63,798 nucleotides of DNA, filler included, from Rhabdomonas costata (GCA_019059605.1; 47 parts of 47 records of this genome joined end to end with filler, not necessarily neighbours in it), one strand, 5' to 3'. Shown: positions 1 through 11,899, counted from the first letter of the whole stretch. Translations and numbers: made by a program. Notes: a model not told the origin generated them from the sequence alone.

Positions 1-307
1 GGGGGTTTGGAGTACTCTTGATGCGCGCCTTCAGCGCGCCACACACAGCTCTTCGATAGGACCAACGCAAAACAAAATTCCTTCAAGGACAAGCCCTGCA
101 CCCTCCCTTCGACATCTGAACCTGCGGCCACATATACGTGTGGATGTTTTCGGATTATCCAATCGTTCGTCACCGAAACCACACCCATAAGCCAAAGCAG
201 CACCCATTTCCGCGACGCCAACATGACCACAGAGAGGGTACCCCAATGATCTCACACCAGAGGGTCTTCAGAGTTGGTACAGTGCACATCCACACGCACA
301 CTCGTGC

Positions 308-1087
308 CTGGGCCAGACTGCGCACAAAGCTCATGAGGGCCATAGCGATGTGCGGGGGCTGGTGAATCGCCAGCGTGGACAGTCGCTTCGCAAACGCACA
401 CGACCGCGCCGCAGAAACCTAATGGGCCCCAGCCACCGCAGAAAGAGAGACAGAGGTGGGTAGGAAAGGAAAGGCTAATTAGTCTCGGAAGTGCGCTATT
501 CCACTGAAAACACAGATTTAAGCTCGCGGCTCATCCTTTTACATATGAACACGTGATTCAGCCAACCTCACCGCAAAGAAGGGATAGGGATAGTTATTCC
601 TTACATAATGGTTCTGTTTCTCCTTTCCGGATTCTGGCTGGAAACTGTAACCCAACTTCTAAAAAGGCACCGTCCTTTCCTCTGTTCGTTACCTGGCGGA
701 AAATGGAAGGACCCGGTTGTTGTGATGTGTTGTGCTTTTGTGTTCTCGTGCTGAGAGGATGAGAGCACAGCGCTGCGCAGGGCCAATGCGGAGCTGCCAT
801 TCCTTCAGTGCTCGGGAGGATGTCCACCCACCACCCTCTTGTCACACACTGGCACCTCGAGGTGCCGGCTCAAAATCTCTGTGTAATCCTCGGGTCTCTG
901 GGGAATATACGCAACGCATCTCCCCGACACGCTTGGGGTGTCTGTCTGAAATGCTCGGCTGGCTAGGGCGTGAATGGCGCTGGTGTGCATGCATGGGTGT
1001 TCACGCCTGGCTGGGCTTAAGCAGCAGCTGCTCCAGGACTTTCAGCAGCAGAGCCACGCGGCGGTTCCGCTCAGCAATCAGATTAAT
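308..1087 (-). CDS. NOC3: Nucleolar complex protein 3 (CBF/Mak21 domain), two internal exons (1087-1007 and 418-308)
   Basis: Spliced translation INLIAERNRRVALLLKVLEQLLLKPSQ|VSAARSCAFAKRLSTLAIHQPPHIAMALMSFVRSLAQ resembles the NOC3 segment (L..ML.K..QVS..RA.AF.KRL.TLALH). Both exons have polypyrimidine-AG acceptors; the in-frame join needs a GC donor. Confidence 0.75.
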
Positions 1088-1260
1088 CTGTGAGAGAGCA
1101 GAGGGACGGTTTCCCGAACTGAAACCCAAACCAACACTACTGAAGGCACGAGGCAGATGCATCCATTCACTTGCTGTCACACACACATTCCTTTCACTGC
1201 CGTACTTTGATGTAGATGTACATCGGCACCAACCCATCCAATCATACCACCCACCCCCCC

Positions 1261-1360
1261 NNNNNNNNNNNNNNNNNNNNNNNNNNNNNNNNNNNNNNNN
1301 NNNNTTAATTAATTAANNNNNNNNNNNNNNNNNNNNNNNNNNNNNNNNNNNNNNNNNNNN
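1261..1360. other. Artificial scaffold spacer (N44-TTAATTAATTAA-N44); first of 46 identical spacers separating 47 contigs of ~1.26 kb
   Basis: The same 100-nt linker, with stops in all six frames, recurs every ~1.36 kb. Contig lengths are near-identical, consistent with size-sorted concatenation. Confidence 0.99.
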
Positions 1361-1613
1361 GGTGTGGCAATGGTGGGTCTCAGGCTTCCGGAGATGACCG
1401 GTGCGAATGGTATGCATCAAGGAGGCCCAACAATTTGGAACAGCCCTCTGCGGTGCGGTGCTCAGTCAGCAAAAATAGGAGTCAAGGGTCACCAGACGGG
1501 GCAGCTTGTGCTTCGCTCAACCCAGCTGTGCCGCTAGGCAGTACGGGGCAGAATCCTTATAAAACCTTGCCAGCCTTGCATTTGAGTGGGAAGAAAGGAC
1601 ACGAAGGGCACAC

Positions 1614-2409
1614 CGAGTTGAGCTCCAGCGACTTCCGGGCCTTCATTATACGAACAATGGCTGCCTCCAGGAGAAAAATCTTTTGCTCCCGAGCGGAGTC
1701 TTGAGTAGTCTGCTGTGCACCCTGTGGAACAAGATAAAACGTACAACGCACTTTGCCGCAGGTGTGTGCCGCATAGTGTCCACCAACACGGAACCAACAC
1801 GGCTACCCATTTGTTTGCATTGGTGCTGCTTTGTACCGGACACGAGACATTACTTTTGTTTTTGTTGGATTGTGATGTGGTGTCTGTTGGTGCGTGAAAA
1901 AAAAACAGGGCAATCGCGCAACCAAACGTACTGTACGGGCACACCTCAACCACAGCCCTGGGCAATGGTAGCTTTCTCATCCGGCATGAAAACGAAGGGT
2001 TAATCTGAGCGACAACCCCCCGCGTATACCCCATGTGAGCATATGGCAAGTCGTTTTTGGGTGATGCATTTTTAATGAAGATGCTCCGAGACAGTTCAAG
2101 GCAACCTGGCCTCAAGGAAGCAGTTCAGGCTTCATGCGCTCCAATTAGAACGTAAAAAAGATATCCCCGTGCCACCACAGGGATACTTGCCCTACTCCAG
2201 ACTGAGCTCTCTCCAAACACGGTGCGTCTTCAGGAGGAGGGCGGAGGCTGGAAACTCAAACACAACGCATCAAGCGGAAAACACACTGAGATGACATCCG
2301 CAGGGGTGAGCTTCCCCTTGGCCTCGTTCACTCGGCGAAGAATGTCCGAACGCATACCTGAGTTCGGCCTGCACTGATTCGAAGTCAGTGGGGTGACAGA
2401 ACTCAATAC
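1614..2409 (-). CDS. Cullin-family protein, C-terminal neddylation (WHB) domain; exons 2409-2358 and 1699-1614
   Basis: DSAREQKIFLLEAAIVRIMKARKSLELNS carries the cullin AAIVRIMKARK motif. GT-AG junctions join the two exons in phase 1. Confidence 0.8.
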
Positions 2410-2850
2410 CTGACCACCCCACCCAACACAAAATTCATTTAATACCTTGCCTGGGGATTTCGCTCGACTGCCGCATGCTCGGAAAATAAACCACCCGAAA
2501 CACGAAGAAATTTGCGTGACTCCCCCCCCCATGAGTTACAAGTTAAGATATTTTTTATTTATGCCCCCGCCTCATCCGCTCCTGCGGCGCTGCGGGCTGG
2601 CTTCCGCCCCTTTTTTCAATNNNNNNNNNNNNNNNNNNNNNNNNNNNNNNNNNNNNNNNNNNNNTTAATTAATTAANNNNNNNNNNNNNNNNNNNNNNNN
2701 NNNNNNNNNNNNNNNNNNNNTGTGGTGTGTGCATCATCCCCACAACCTGAAGATTTTTCTTTCTTTGACAGTTTTAGGCTTAATGGGAAATTTCATTGGG
2801 CTGAAGACCATGTCGTCATCTCAGGATGCCGTCCTCTTGCATCATTGCAG

Positions 2851-3051
2851 GACGTCGAGGTGGTTGCCCGAGTCATCGGGACGGCAGACGAGACGGTCGT
2901 GGGCACCGCCTCCCTGGACTTGCGTGACCTGGTTCGGGGGCTGACCCGAATCCTGGTCGTCCCTCTGACCTCCGGGGGGGCGGTGAACCTGCGCATTCGC
3001 GCTATGGACTTCGGACTGCCCCACTCCAGCAACGTCGTGCAGGGCTGGATG
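2851..3051 (+). CDS. C2-domain protein, internal exon
   Basis: CAG|...|GT exon translating DVEVVARVIGTADETVVGTASLDLRDLVRGLTRILVVPLTSGGAVNLRIRAMDFG, typical of the second half of a C2 domain. Confidence 0.65.
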
Positions 3052-5059
3052 GTGCGACTCCCTTTCTTGGATTTTTTGTGTGGACCGTTCGCTTTGTACA
3101 CGGATTCTGTCACGATGAGGAAGGATGAAAGTCTATCCTGGGGGACAGGGACGATGTGCCCAATTGTACACTTTTGACCAAAAGAGTCTCCATTGTATGC
3201 GAGGTGAGATTCCGAGATCATTAAGTTTTCCTTCACCGATTGGCTATATCAGTTTTGAACCTTTAAGAATGAGATAGTCTTTACCCAGCCCCAGTTTGAG
3301 AATACTCATAACTCATCAAGGGAACACTGGCATAGGTCGCCTAACCCCCTACATTAAAGCGAAGTCTTTTCGTACGTACTTGCATGAGCTACCTAACCTT
3401 TTGCAAGTTGAAATAAGAACAATTTTTGATGCGTGTTCTGTTTTAATGGTGACTGTCACCCCCTCACCCAACGTCAATCGGTCCCTCCACCTTTGCCTCC
3501 GGCGTTGCCACCCATTCCATAAATCTTGTGTATTCTTATTTTCTGACTCCCGTTCCCGTTCTCATTGATGATCCCTATTTCCCTCGTTGCTGAACTCACA
3601 ACATCTGCTGGTACAAAAGATTAAGGTGAAACAATCCTCCGGCTCATCACCGCCAAAGAATGGAGGGTCCCATGTTCCTGAACTGACATACACGCGTGTC
3701 CTTCCCCCGTCTCGTGTGCGCTCCTTCAGAGCACCACGGCGAAGGTAGCTCCTCCCTCCCTGGAAAGAGTTGTGGCTGCGGCCGCGGCCTCTCCCGCCCC
3801 TGCCCCTACGGCGCCGCAGGTCCACTATGCTCGGGTGACGTCAGCCTAATTGCGCGGCGAGGAAGGGGCTCACCCTGTACAGTGCTAACGATGGGGCCGC
3901 GGCCTATCTGCTCTTGTTTCTTTCTTGTCGTTTTCTTTTTTCTTTGCGTTCCTCTAGAAAAAAGAAAACGACAAGAAACCNNNNNNNNNNNNNNNNNNNN
4001 NNNNNNNNNNNNNNNNNNNNNNNNTTAATTAATTAANNNNNNNNNNNNNNNNNNNNNNNNNNNNNNNNNNNNNNNNNNNNTTGGTCCAGCAGCAATAGTT
4101 GAGGGGTGAACCAAAGGCGGGCGGGGGTAACTACGAGACCCACCACGCGGGCCAGAGATTATTGCTGATCAGGGCCAACCAAGCGCAGCGCCTAACATCG
4201 GGCGGTGTCTCAGTGAGTGTGCGCATCTCCTCCTCACGCGTGTTCCAGTGTGCGTTATTATATGGGCAACAAAGACGACCAGCTCACAGGAAAAAGCCCT
4301 CGGTACTATGCGCCTGCTCCGAAACTATGCGTGCATTTAGGGAGAACGGAGTGAAGGACTTCGAAGGAAAAACTAGAGCTTCCCTTTGATTTGGACTAGA
4401 GTAAAGAAGTCAAAGCAGGTGGGACGACTCCCTACTCGATGACATGCAAAAAGGGAATCAGGGGATCGACAAAATGACTACACTCAGCAAAGGAAAAAAT
4501 ACGCCCTGGAAGGCAGCTCGGATGTAGTAATTATGAGTTGCATGTGGTTTCACGCGGAGGCAGAATCGGGTTGTGTGCGCTGCTATGGCCTTCATGAGGG
4601 AAAGATGGGAAAATGATCGCCTAACCTGCCGCGTGCCACCTATTCATGGATGGATGCAAATAGCAACAATTCACAGCTTTTCCATCAAACATATCCATTT
4701 TCTCGCATCAATTTGCGCCAAAACAAAGGTTGGACACAACTGCTTGCCTTTTGATATCCGTATTAGTCCTACCGTGGAAATCGAGTATCACGATTGTACC
4801 AAAGGCAATCTATTTTGCAGAAACATTCCTTTGGGGAATTACCATTACCACCAATCCCCAATCAGAGGGCACAAAATGGGCCTCACATCGATCACAAAAA
4901 GAACCACGACAGGTTGGGTGCTGGCACCCACGGGCGGGGAACACTGAGCAAAGAAACCTCTAATTGACACCGAAAGGTTTATCACTCCTTTCTGCGACAG
5001 TTGTGGAGCCACAGTATGGAAGAAATGCAAACCAGTACGGGTACCAGTGCCCACACACG

Positions 5060-5340
5060 ACGCTTGCATTCCCGCTTCTTTTTTGAGTCTACGTTACGTC
5101 AAGGAGGGAAGCTTGGGGAAGAAAGAGGAAGCTGCCAATGCTTGCATTCCCGCATCCCCGATCAGATTTCCGCTCACACGCAAGGAGGAAAGGTTGGGGA
5201 AGAAAGCGGAAGCTGCCAATGCTTGCATTCCCGCATCTCCGATCTGATTGCCGATCATACCCAATGAGGTAAGCTTGGGGAAGAAAGAGGAAGCTGCCAA
5301 TGCTTGCATTCCCGCATCTCCGATCTCATTCAACCCCACA
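5060..5340 (-). CDS. Leucine-rich repeat protein fragment, 27-aa (81-bp) near-identical tandem repeats; last repeat degenerate
   Basis: N.IGDAGMQALAAS.FFP.L.SL repeats; the same DNA motif starts at 5131, 5212 and 5293. A stop at ~5094 precedes a fourth partial repeat. Confidence 0.85.
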
Positions 5341-5699
5341 NNNNNNNNNNNNNNNNNNNNNNNNNNNNNNNNNNNNNNNNNNNNTTAATTAATTAANNNN
5401 NNNNNNNNNNNNNNNNNNNNNNNNNNNNNNNNNNNNNNNNATAATTCTTCGCCAGAAAAAATCTTACAAAGTCAAATTATCTTTCACTCAATTGAGATGA
5501 CTTGACTGGCTGACATTGAATTGAACTTGAGAATTTTTGACCTCTCGGCGGGAAAAAACACGTTGAACTTGAATTGGGTAACATTGAGTTGAATTGGGTT
5601 TTTGGGGCACATTGGATTTTTAGATTTGTGCAAGTCTGGGGTGGGGTCCGGTGAGGTATCTTGAGAAGCGAAGAAAAAAATCATGGGATATTCCGGTTG

Positions 5700-5986
5700 G
5701 CGCAACTGGAATGGGACTTCGAGGGGGGGGCTTGTGCAGTCACCTGTCCGGCGACTTCTTGGGCAATTTTCCCCCCGATGGTATTTGTGGGGTACTTCAA
5801 TGACTCCGCGTGCAGCAGCCAGGTCGAGTCGATCCACCTGCCTCTCAGCTGGGGAAGCAGCGTGTGCTCCTGCGCACCAGGTGCCGGGTCGACCCCGAAC
5901 TCCAACCCGCGGGCGACCACAAATTTCAAGTGTGTGTATGTGTATGTGCATGTGCATGTGCATGTGTATGTGTATGTGTATGTGCA

Positions 5987-6059
<73 letters not shown>

Positions 6060-6477
6060 GTGTGTGTGTGCGCTCTGGAGTCTCCGGATTATCGAGCAGC
6101 CGGAGGGGTCTTTGTTGCCTGCACTACGAACGCGGAACGATATTGCGGTGCTTGTTGCACAGCTTTCCAAAGGGTTGTCCGCCGTGTGCGGACAGTGTGA
6201 ATTCGTTTCTGCCAACCTAGTGCCATATTAATTTGCCCCTTCCTCCCATCATCCTTATCTCAGGTGCAACCCATCGGCGTCAACGGTGACATACACGCAG
6301 TACTCGCCCTCCAACATTTGCAACAATTACATTACCCACAACCAGATCACGGTGGGACTGACCTGTACCTTTCTGTCCTCTCTGTACTTGTACGCCAAAG
6401 TGCTTAACTACACCGCCTGCGGTCTGGCCAGTTTCTTCACCCTCCCACCCCCCGCCCTGCAGAATTACAGCCAGTGA
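5700..6477 (+). CDS. Cys-rich uncharacterised protein, last two exons (approx. 5700-5929 and 6264-6477)
   Basis: A GT-AG intron at 5930-6263 joins ...ATTNF-K-CNPSASTVTYTQYSPSNICN... in frame to the TGA at 6477. The 5' boundary is uncertain. Confidence 0.5.
5931..6070 (+). repeat. (TGTGTA/TGTGCA)n hexanucleotide microsatellite at an intron start
   Basis: Directly visible; explains the spurious HIHIHI and CMCMCM ORFs. Confidence 0.97.
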
Positions 6478-6577
6478 TGTCCCGTTGTCCTGTCATTTCA
6501 TGTCAACTCTCGAGCCTAAGGGGAACTGCATTCCTTCTTGACTATCTCTCTATTTGAGACTGTGTCTCTGTGAGTGT

Positions 6578-6703
6578 GCCGTGTGCCAGTTGTGGTGGAT
6601 TCTTCCGAATGTTTGCTTTAATATTTCACTGGAATTCGAGCTCGAATTCCAGTGAAATATTAAAGCAAACATTCGGAAGAATCCACCACAACTGGCACAC
6701 GGC
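6578..6703. repeat. Perfect 126-bp palindrome at contig end (fold-back artefact likely)
   Basis: Centre GAG|CTC at 6640/6641; the arm runs exactly to the contig end. Confidence 0.9.
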
Positions 6704-6803
6704 NNNNNNNNNNNNNNNNNNNNNNNNNNNNNNNNNNNNNNNNNNNNTTAATTAATTAANNNNNNNNNNNNNNNNNNNNNNNNNNNNNNNNNNNNNNNNN
6801 NNN

Positions 6804-7355
6804 CGCGCCTGTTGTGAAGAACGTTTGCGAGTGGACGAGCCTGAGCGCCGTTGTGGTGGATGCGGACCCGGTACGAAACCAAGCCACAGCCTCGATGCTG
6901 CGGTATGCCGGGGTATCGGTGATCGAGCCCAGCTCAGTGCAGGCGGACTCCCCTCCGGACATGGTTTTTATCAGCGCAGCGGATGCCAGCTGGGAATCCC
7001 AGTGTGAGGCTTGGAAGGATCCCGTGAGTGTGGTTGTGGTTGTGCCGAACCATTGCAGTGTTGAGGCGGAGTCGGTTTCTCTAGTGAAGGGTGTCTGGCT
7101 TGCCTCTCCAATCGACATTGCGGAGCTACGAGGGGTGCTTGGGAAGTTTAGAAGCATGGGGATGTCGACAAGCTGCAGTTCATTGGGAAGCCTTGAAGTG
7201 GAAGTGGAGACGGAGGCTCCGGAACAAGCTCCTACGCATGACTCGTCATCTCACATTCCGTGCGGTGCCGCCGAGGTTGAGGCAGATTCTTGGACGCAGG
7301 ACAAGAGGGTTCTTCTGGTGGAGGACAACAAAAACAACCATATTCTTTTTCTGAG
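6804..7355 (+). CDS. Two-component receiver-domain protein, probably the C-terminal part of a hybrid histidine kinase; partial exon
   Basis: A degenerate receiver (AVVVDADPVRNQATASMLRYAGVSV...PDMVFI...LASPI) is followed by a canonical receiver start, RVLLVEDNKNNHIL. GT donor at 7356. Confidence 0.7.
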
Positions 7356-7539
7356 GTTCGAGCTTCAGCGAGTTTTTTTCTGCGAGTCGTGGTCGCATCT
7401 TTTCGGAATTTGGTCCGTTTTTTAAGTGTTGATGAGAATTTAGGAATGAATACCAGTTTAGGGTGAATGTCTGTTTCGCCTGCTGGGTGCTGGGAATAGT
7501 TTTTTTTTGTGATTCCACACTGGGGAGCGGGCGCGCACA

Positions 7540-8045
7540 CGCACACATACACACACGGCGACCGCATTGTACACTTGATCATCAGAGGCCGACGGCAGGA
7601 AGGGACCCCCGAGCCTCCCGGGGGGAGACATGAAAGCCGCAGCCGAAAGAAGGTGGAAGACGAGCCCGTGTGTCCCAGGAGTACGATGCTGGCACGGGAT
7701 GGCATGCAAGTTCCAACGCTGTCCCTTTGCGCACCCGAGGGAGCACCTAGAACGAACTCGCGTAGAGACGGTCCCACTGTGCAGAGGAACAAGCGGACCA
7801 TCGAGCACAGCAAGAAAAAGAGCCGTTATGCTACCACCAATGGGAATCGACAGTACTAGCAGACGCACCAGTCAGTGAGGCAACCCCGAGGAAGAGGAGA
7901 TTCAGCGGAAGAGGGCAGAAATAGCCCGCAGCGCAATTATTGAGTGATGTTCTGGCACTGCAACGCCTGTAGGTACCGGTGCTGCCCGTTCACCCATCCG
8001 AAGGAAAGCTCAAAGGGTCGTTTCCGCGAGAAAAGGCCCAACCCC
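7540..8045 (+). repeat. CCCH zinc-finger repeat family, copy A (intronic)
   Basis: Encodes CWHGMACKFQRCPFAHPREHLERTRVET and ..NACRYRCCPFTHPKE. DNA is similar to 8313-9400 (reverse strand) and 19650-20150. Confidence 0.85.
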
Positions 8046-8312
8046 CACCCAAACACACCCACANNNNNNNNNNNNNNNNNNNNNNNNNNNNNNNNNNNNN
8101 NNNNNNNTTAATTAATTAANNNNNNNNNNNNNNNNNNNNNNNNNNNNNNNNNNNNNNNNNNNNGGGGTTTTTTTTGAAGTCTCCATTGCTTCAGAAAACT
8201 TCAAAAAAAAAACTCCAAAAGAAATCGGTGGTCAGGGAGGCCTGCCTACACCAAAATTACCAGTGCGCACCATGAGTGAGTGAGTGAGTGAGTGAGTGAG
8301 TGAGTGAGTGAG

Positions 8313-9140
8313 TGTGTGTGTTGGGCATTGCGCGCTGGCTGTTGCCTGGTTGCCTGGTTAACTGGTTGTTGGTGACCACTGTGGACTGACTGGCGCACGC
8401 GCTGTTGGCCACGGGTGCTCGCGAGAGGTGCCGTTGGAGCGAACGGTGCCGTGGGGAACCGGAACCGGCTCACCGCCGAACGTTCCACACCTCCCTTCTG
8501 CCCCACGGGTCCCGGGCCATTGTCGCGCAGCGCTACCTGCATTGCTCCATTGCGGCTCAGGTCTCTGAGACTCTGCACTCCTTGGGGGGCTGGGGCCTTT
8601 CCTCGCGGGAACGCCCCTTGGGGCTTTTCTTTCGGATGGGTGAACGGGCAGCACGGGTATCTACAGGCGTCGCCGTGCACAGCACATCGCTCTCTCGTTG
8701 CGTTGTGGGCTATTCCTGCCCTCTTCCGCTGAGCCTCCGGTACCTCGAGGTTGCCTCACTGACTCTTTGCCATGGTGAGTCTGCGAGTACTTTGGCTTCC
8801 CGTGGGTGGTAACATAAGGGCTTTGATTTCTTGCGATGCTCGATGGTCCGCTTGTACCTCTGCGCAATGGGTCCGTCTCTACGCGGGTTCGTTCTAGGTG
8901 CTCCTCCATCCGGTGCACAAAGAAACATTGTTGGAACTTGCATGATGCTCGTCTTCCATTTGCTTTAGGCTGCGGCTTTCATGTCTCGCCCCTGAGAGTG
9001 TTGGGGGTCTCTTTCCTGCCGTCGGTCTCTCAAGCTCTGCGTCTCTGTGCTCCTGGATGCTCCATGCTTGACCCCCTCCACCCTCTTTCCCCGCAGCTTC
9101 TCTCATCTCGGCTCCTGGCCCTGTCTCCCTCGTTCCCTGC

Positions 9141-9172
<32 letters not shown>

Positions 9173-9426
9173 CCCGCTGCTGTTGCACTCTCTGTGGCGG
9201 TGCTTCCTTCGAATGACGACTTTGATTTTTGGCGGGTGATGTCCCCATTTTCGGCTTTTGGCCTATCCTCCTTCACCCGCGGAGGACATGTGGTTGGGAT
9301 TGGTTGCCTCGTCTTTCTGGTCATCGCCGAACTTGTGGATGGCCCCTGGTGTAAATACCCCTCCGACCTTCCTCGATGTTGCCACATCCCTCAGCCCCGA
9401 GTGTGTGTTGGGCGCATTGCGCGCTG
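8313..9426 (-). repeat. CCCH zinc-finger repeat family, copy B (~1.09-kb unit, next unit starting at ~9401)
   Basis: Encodes CKFQQCFFVH..EEHLERTRVET and HGDACRYPCCPFTHPKEK. GTGTGTGTTGGG(CG)CATTGCGCGCTG occurs at both ~8314 and 9401. Flanked by (TGAG)n and contains (CT)n. Confidence 0.85.
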
Positions 9427-9623
9427 NNNNNNNNNNNNNNNNNNNNNNNNNNNNNNNNNNNNNNNNNNNNTTAATTAATTAANNNNNNNNNNNNNNNNNN
9501 NNNNNNNNNNNNNNNNNNNNNNNNNNGTGGGGGTGGTTTACAATGGAATCCTTCCCCATAAGCAGGGGAAGGATTCCATTGTAAACCGCCACCGCCAGGC
9601 GCTGGGGAGTGAGGGACACTCAC

Positions 9624-10662
9624 TCCTTGGGCGCCTCAGGCTTCTTTAGCAGAGCCAAAGACTTCGCAATGTCATAGGTGCTGCCCAGGAACTCCACCTT
9701 CTTCTTTAGGTGCAGCTTTCGCGCGGCTTCGGGCGAAGACAAAACCAGAACCAGTCTGCCCTCGCGCAGGGTGCCCACATCAACTACTCCAGCGCTTCCC
9801 AGCGGCTCCCGAAGGGCCTGGCGAAGCACTTCACGGGCACGGATCACCACGAAGCCCGTGAAGCCCTGGGAGACCTCTGGGGCGTGGCCCCGGCGGGGCT
9901 CGATCCGGACAGGCAGACCGGCCACGGTGATCTGGCATAATGTGAAGTGTTCCGTGAAGAAAGCTTCAACGTCTTCTCAAAATTCAGAACGGGTTAGGAT
10001 GGCACATGCACCGGGAGACCACCCGAAGTTAGCACCCTGCGCTTGGGTTGTCCCTCTCAAAAATAAATTCCATATCAACAAAGGAAACTCCGCACACAGT
10101 TGCCTTGCAATCACGATAAAAGCAGTTCCGAAGACATCGAGGAAAGCACACCAATCGAGGGGAGGTGGGCTAAGGCTAATCACACCCGCCCATCTCCCCA
10201 TTGAGGAGACTTGGACAACCTCCTACTGAAGTACTGAGGGGAGGCTTTTTTTTGGGAACTACACACATGCACCACACAGAGAATCTCCAAATATAAATCT
10301 AAAGCAAAGAGAGAGACTCAAAAAGAAGGGATTTAACGAGAAATGCACGCTGAGTTTTGTTTCTGCTGAAAGACAAAGGGTACTGCGGCCATCTGTTGCC
10401 TTTTGTTCTTTTGCTGAGCGGACCGAAGTACCCACAAGATGAACCGAGCTGGATTCGCATCGAGTTTTCGATGCCCCCCCCTCCACTCTGAGATGTTGAC
10501 CTGGCCGCGGTCGAAGGCCTCCCGTGCGGCCTGTGGGGAGAAGAACCTCGCCCACCCCACGTGGAAGCTCGGGCTGAACACCAAGTCCTCCAGGGTGGGA
10601 TATGCCTGCCTCAGAACTGCCAGCAGAACCCTGCTGGGGTCCACCTTCACCGTGACACACAC
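9624..10662 (-). CDS. Putative multi-RRM-like protein, exons 10662-10432 and 9931-9624
   Basis: GC-rich exons with AG/GT boundaries join in frame (..ARFILW|ITVAGLP). GWARFFSPQAAREA and LVLSSPEAARKL resemble RRM strand-helix segments. Confidence 0.5.
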
Positions 10663-11899
10663 CTTTTTGTTGTCGATACGAAGTTATGGTCCGTGTCACA
10701 TCCGACATCATGATTTTCAAAACCGCGCACAGAGCGTTGACACCGGCAAGCGCTTGAAGGTGCTGCTATACGTACCGAGACATAGGNNNNNNNNNNNNNN
10801 NNNNNNNNNNNNNNNNNNNNNNNNNNNNNNTTAATTAATTAANNNNNNNNNNNNNNNNNNNNNNNNNNNNNNNNNNNNNNNNNNNNGGGTGGGTTTCCGT
10901 GAGGGTGTCTTGTCCTTTCTTTGTGAACTAACTCCAGTGAGCGGATATAAAACAGTGGTTTACACATTGCCGTGGCGTCGCCCATGGCCTTTCTGGAGAC
11001 GTCGCAGAACCAATCGCTGTTCTGGTATTCCCAGTGGTGAGATGCACCATCCAGGTCAGCGGTCCAAGACAGATTGAGCTGTAGTGATGGCATGGTAGTC
11101 ATGGCATGTCGCAGTGGTTGCACGTGACGCATGGAGGTCAAAGGGAAACATCGCACATATCTGAAAAGACACCCTTCAATGTTTTTCGAAGCTTTTGTCA
11201 AGAGCAGTCTATTGGACCCTGTCTCTCCGCGGTGAATAGGCTACTCAGCGGGGGAGCACAATAGTCCATGGTTCAGCATTGCAGCATGGGTGGGCGTTGA
11301 CGGCAAAGTAGCACTCTGTGGACAAGAGCGGTAAGGCATAACGTCAGCACGCCTGAAGCGCGGCATGCTACTGTGCAAGGCTTTTCCATTCATGGGGTCA
11401 CCGTGTGCTGACTGTTTTAGCTGTGCTACTCACTCAGCCCAGTGTGACCCTTGGACGGTCCATTGGGTATCTGCTTCGTTTGTCCTGCCGTGAGGAAACG
11501 TGCTCCCTGGAATACTCATTGGCATTGGCTAGGGCTTATTCCAATACAGGAGGCAGAATACGACTGGATCCCAGAAGTGCCTTCCTGCCTTTCTTTAGCT
11601 TACCACCGCGCATATATACAGTCATTTTTTCGCAACTGTTACTCGATGTAATTGCATCGCTGGGTGACCCTGCCCGAGTAGCGGTGTGGTTATGTACTCC
11701 ACTTCTCGTTTTGATCACAGCACATAATCCTCAAATGAGGGAATTGCGAGAAGGGTGGAATGTGTTGCCGTGCTTTGTGTGTTCATTTGTGCTCGTCAGT
11801 TGCAGAAATGGCCAAGATTTTCGTTCAAAAGAACCTTTTCCTCAAACCGATTCAGCATTGAATCCCTTGCTCTGTGTTCTTGTCTGTGTTTCCGCGACA

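Noticed and set aside
1305-1316. Regularly spaced TTAATTAATTAA as a CRISPR-like or biological repeat
   Set aside because: It is always embedded in N-runs of fixed length. It is an assembly linker with six-frame stops.
5484-6231. His-Ile, Cys-Met and Val-Tyr dipeptide-repeat proteins in the ORF track
   Set aside because: These are translations of an intronic hexanucleotide microsatellite.
6578-6703. Long terminal hairpins (also ~9527-9594, 12247-12295, 25568-25742, 27011-27102, 28337-28460, 35366-35499, 42164-42353) as hairpin telomeres, MITEs or miRNA precursors
   Set aside because: Every one runs into a contig end, they are unrelated in sequence, and two cut through coding sequence. This is typical of amplification fold-back chimeras.
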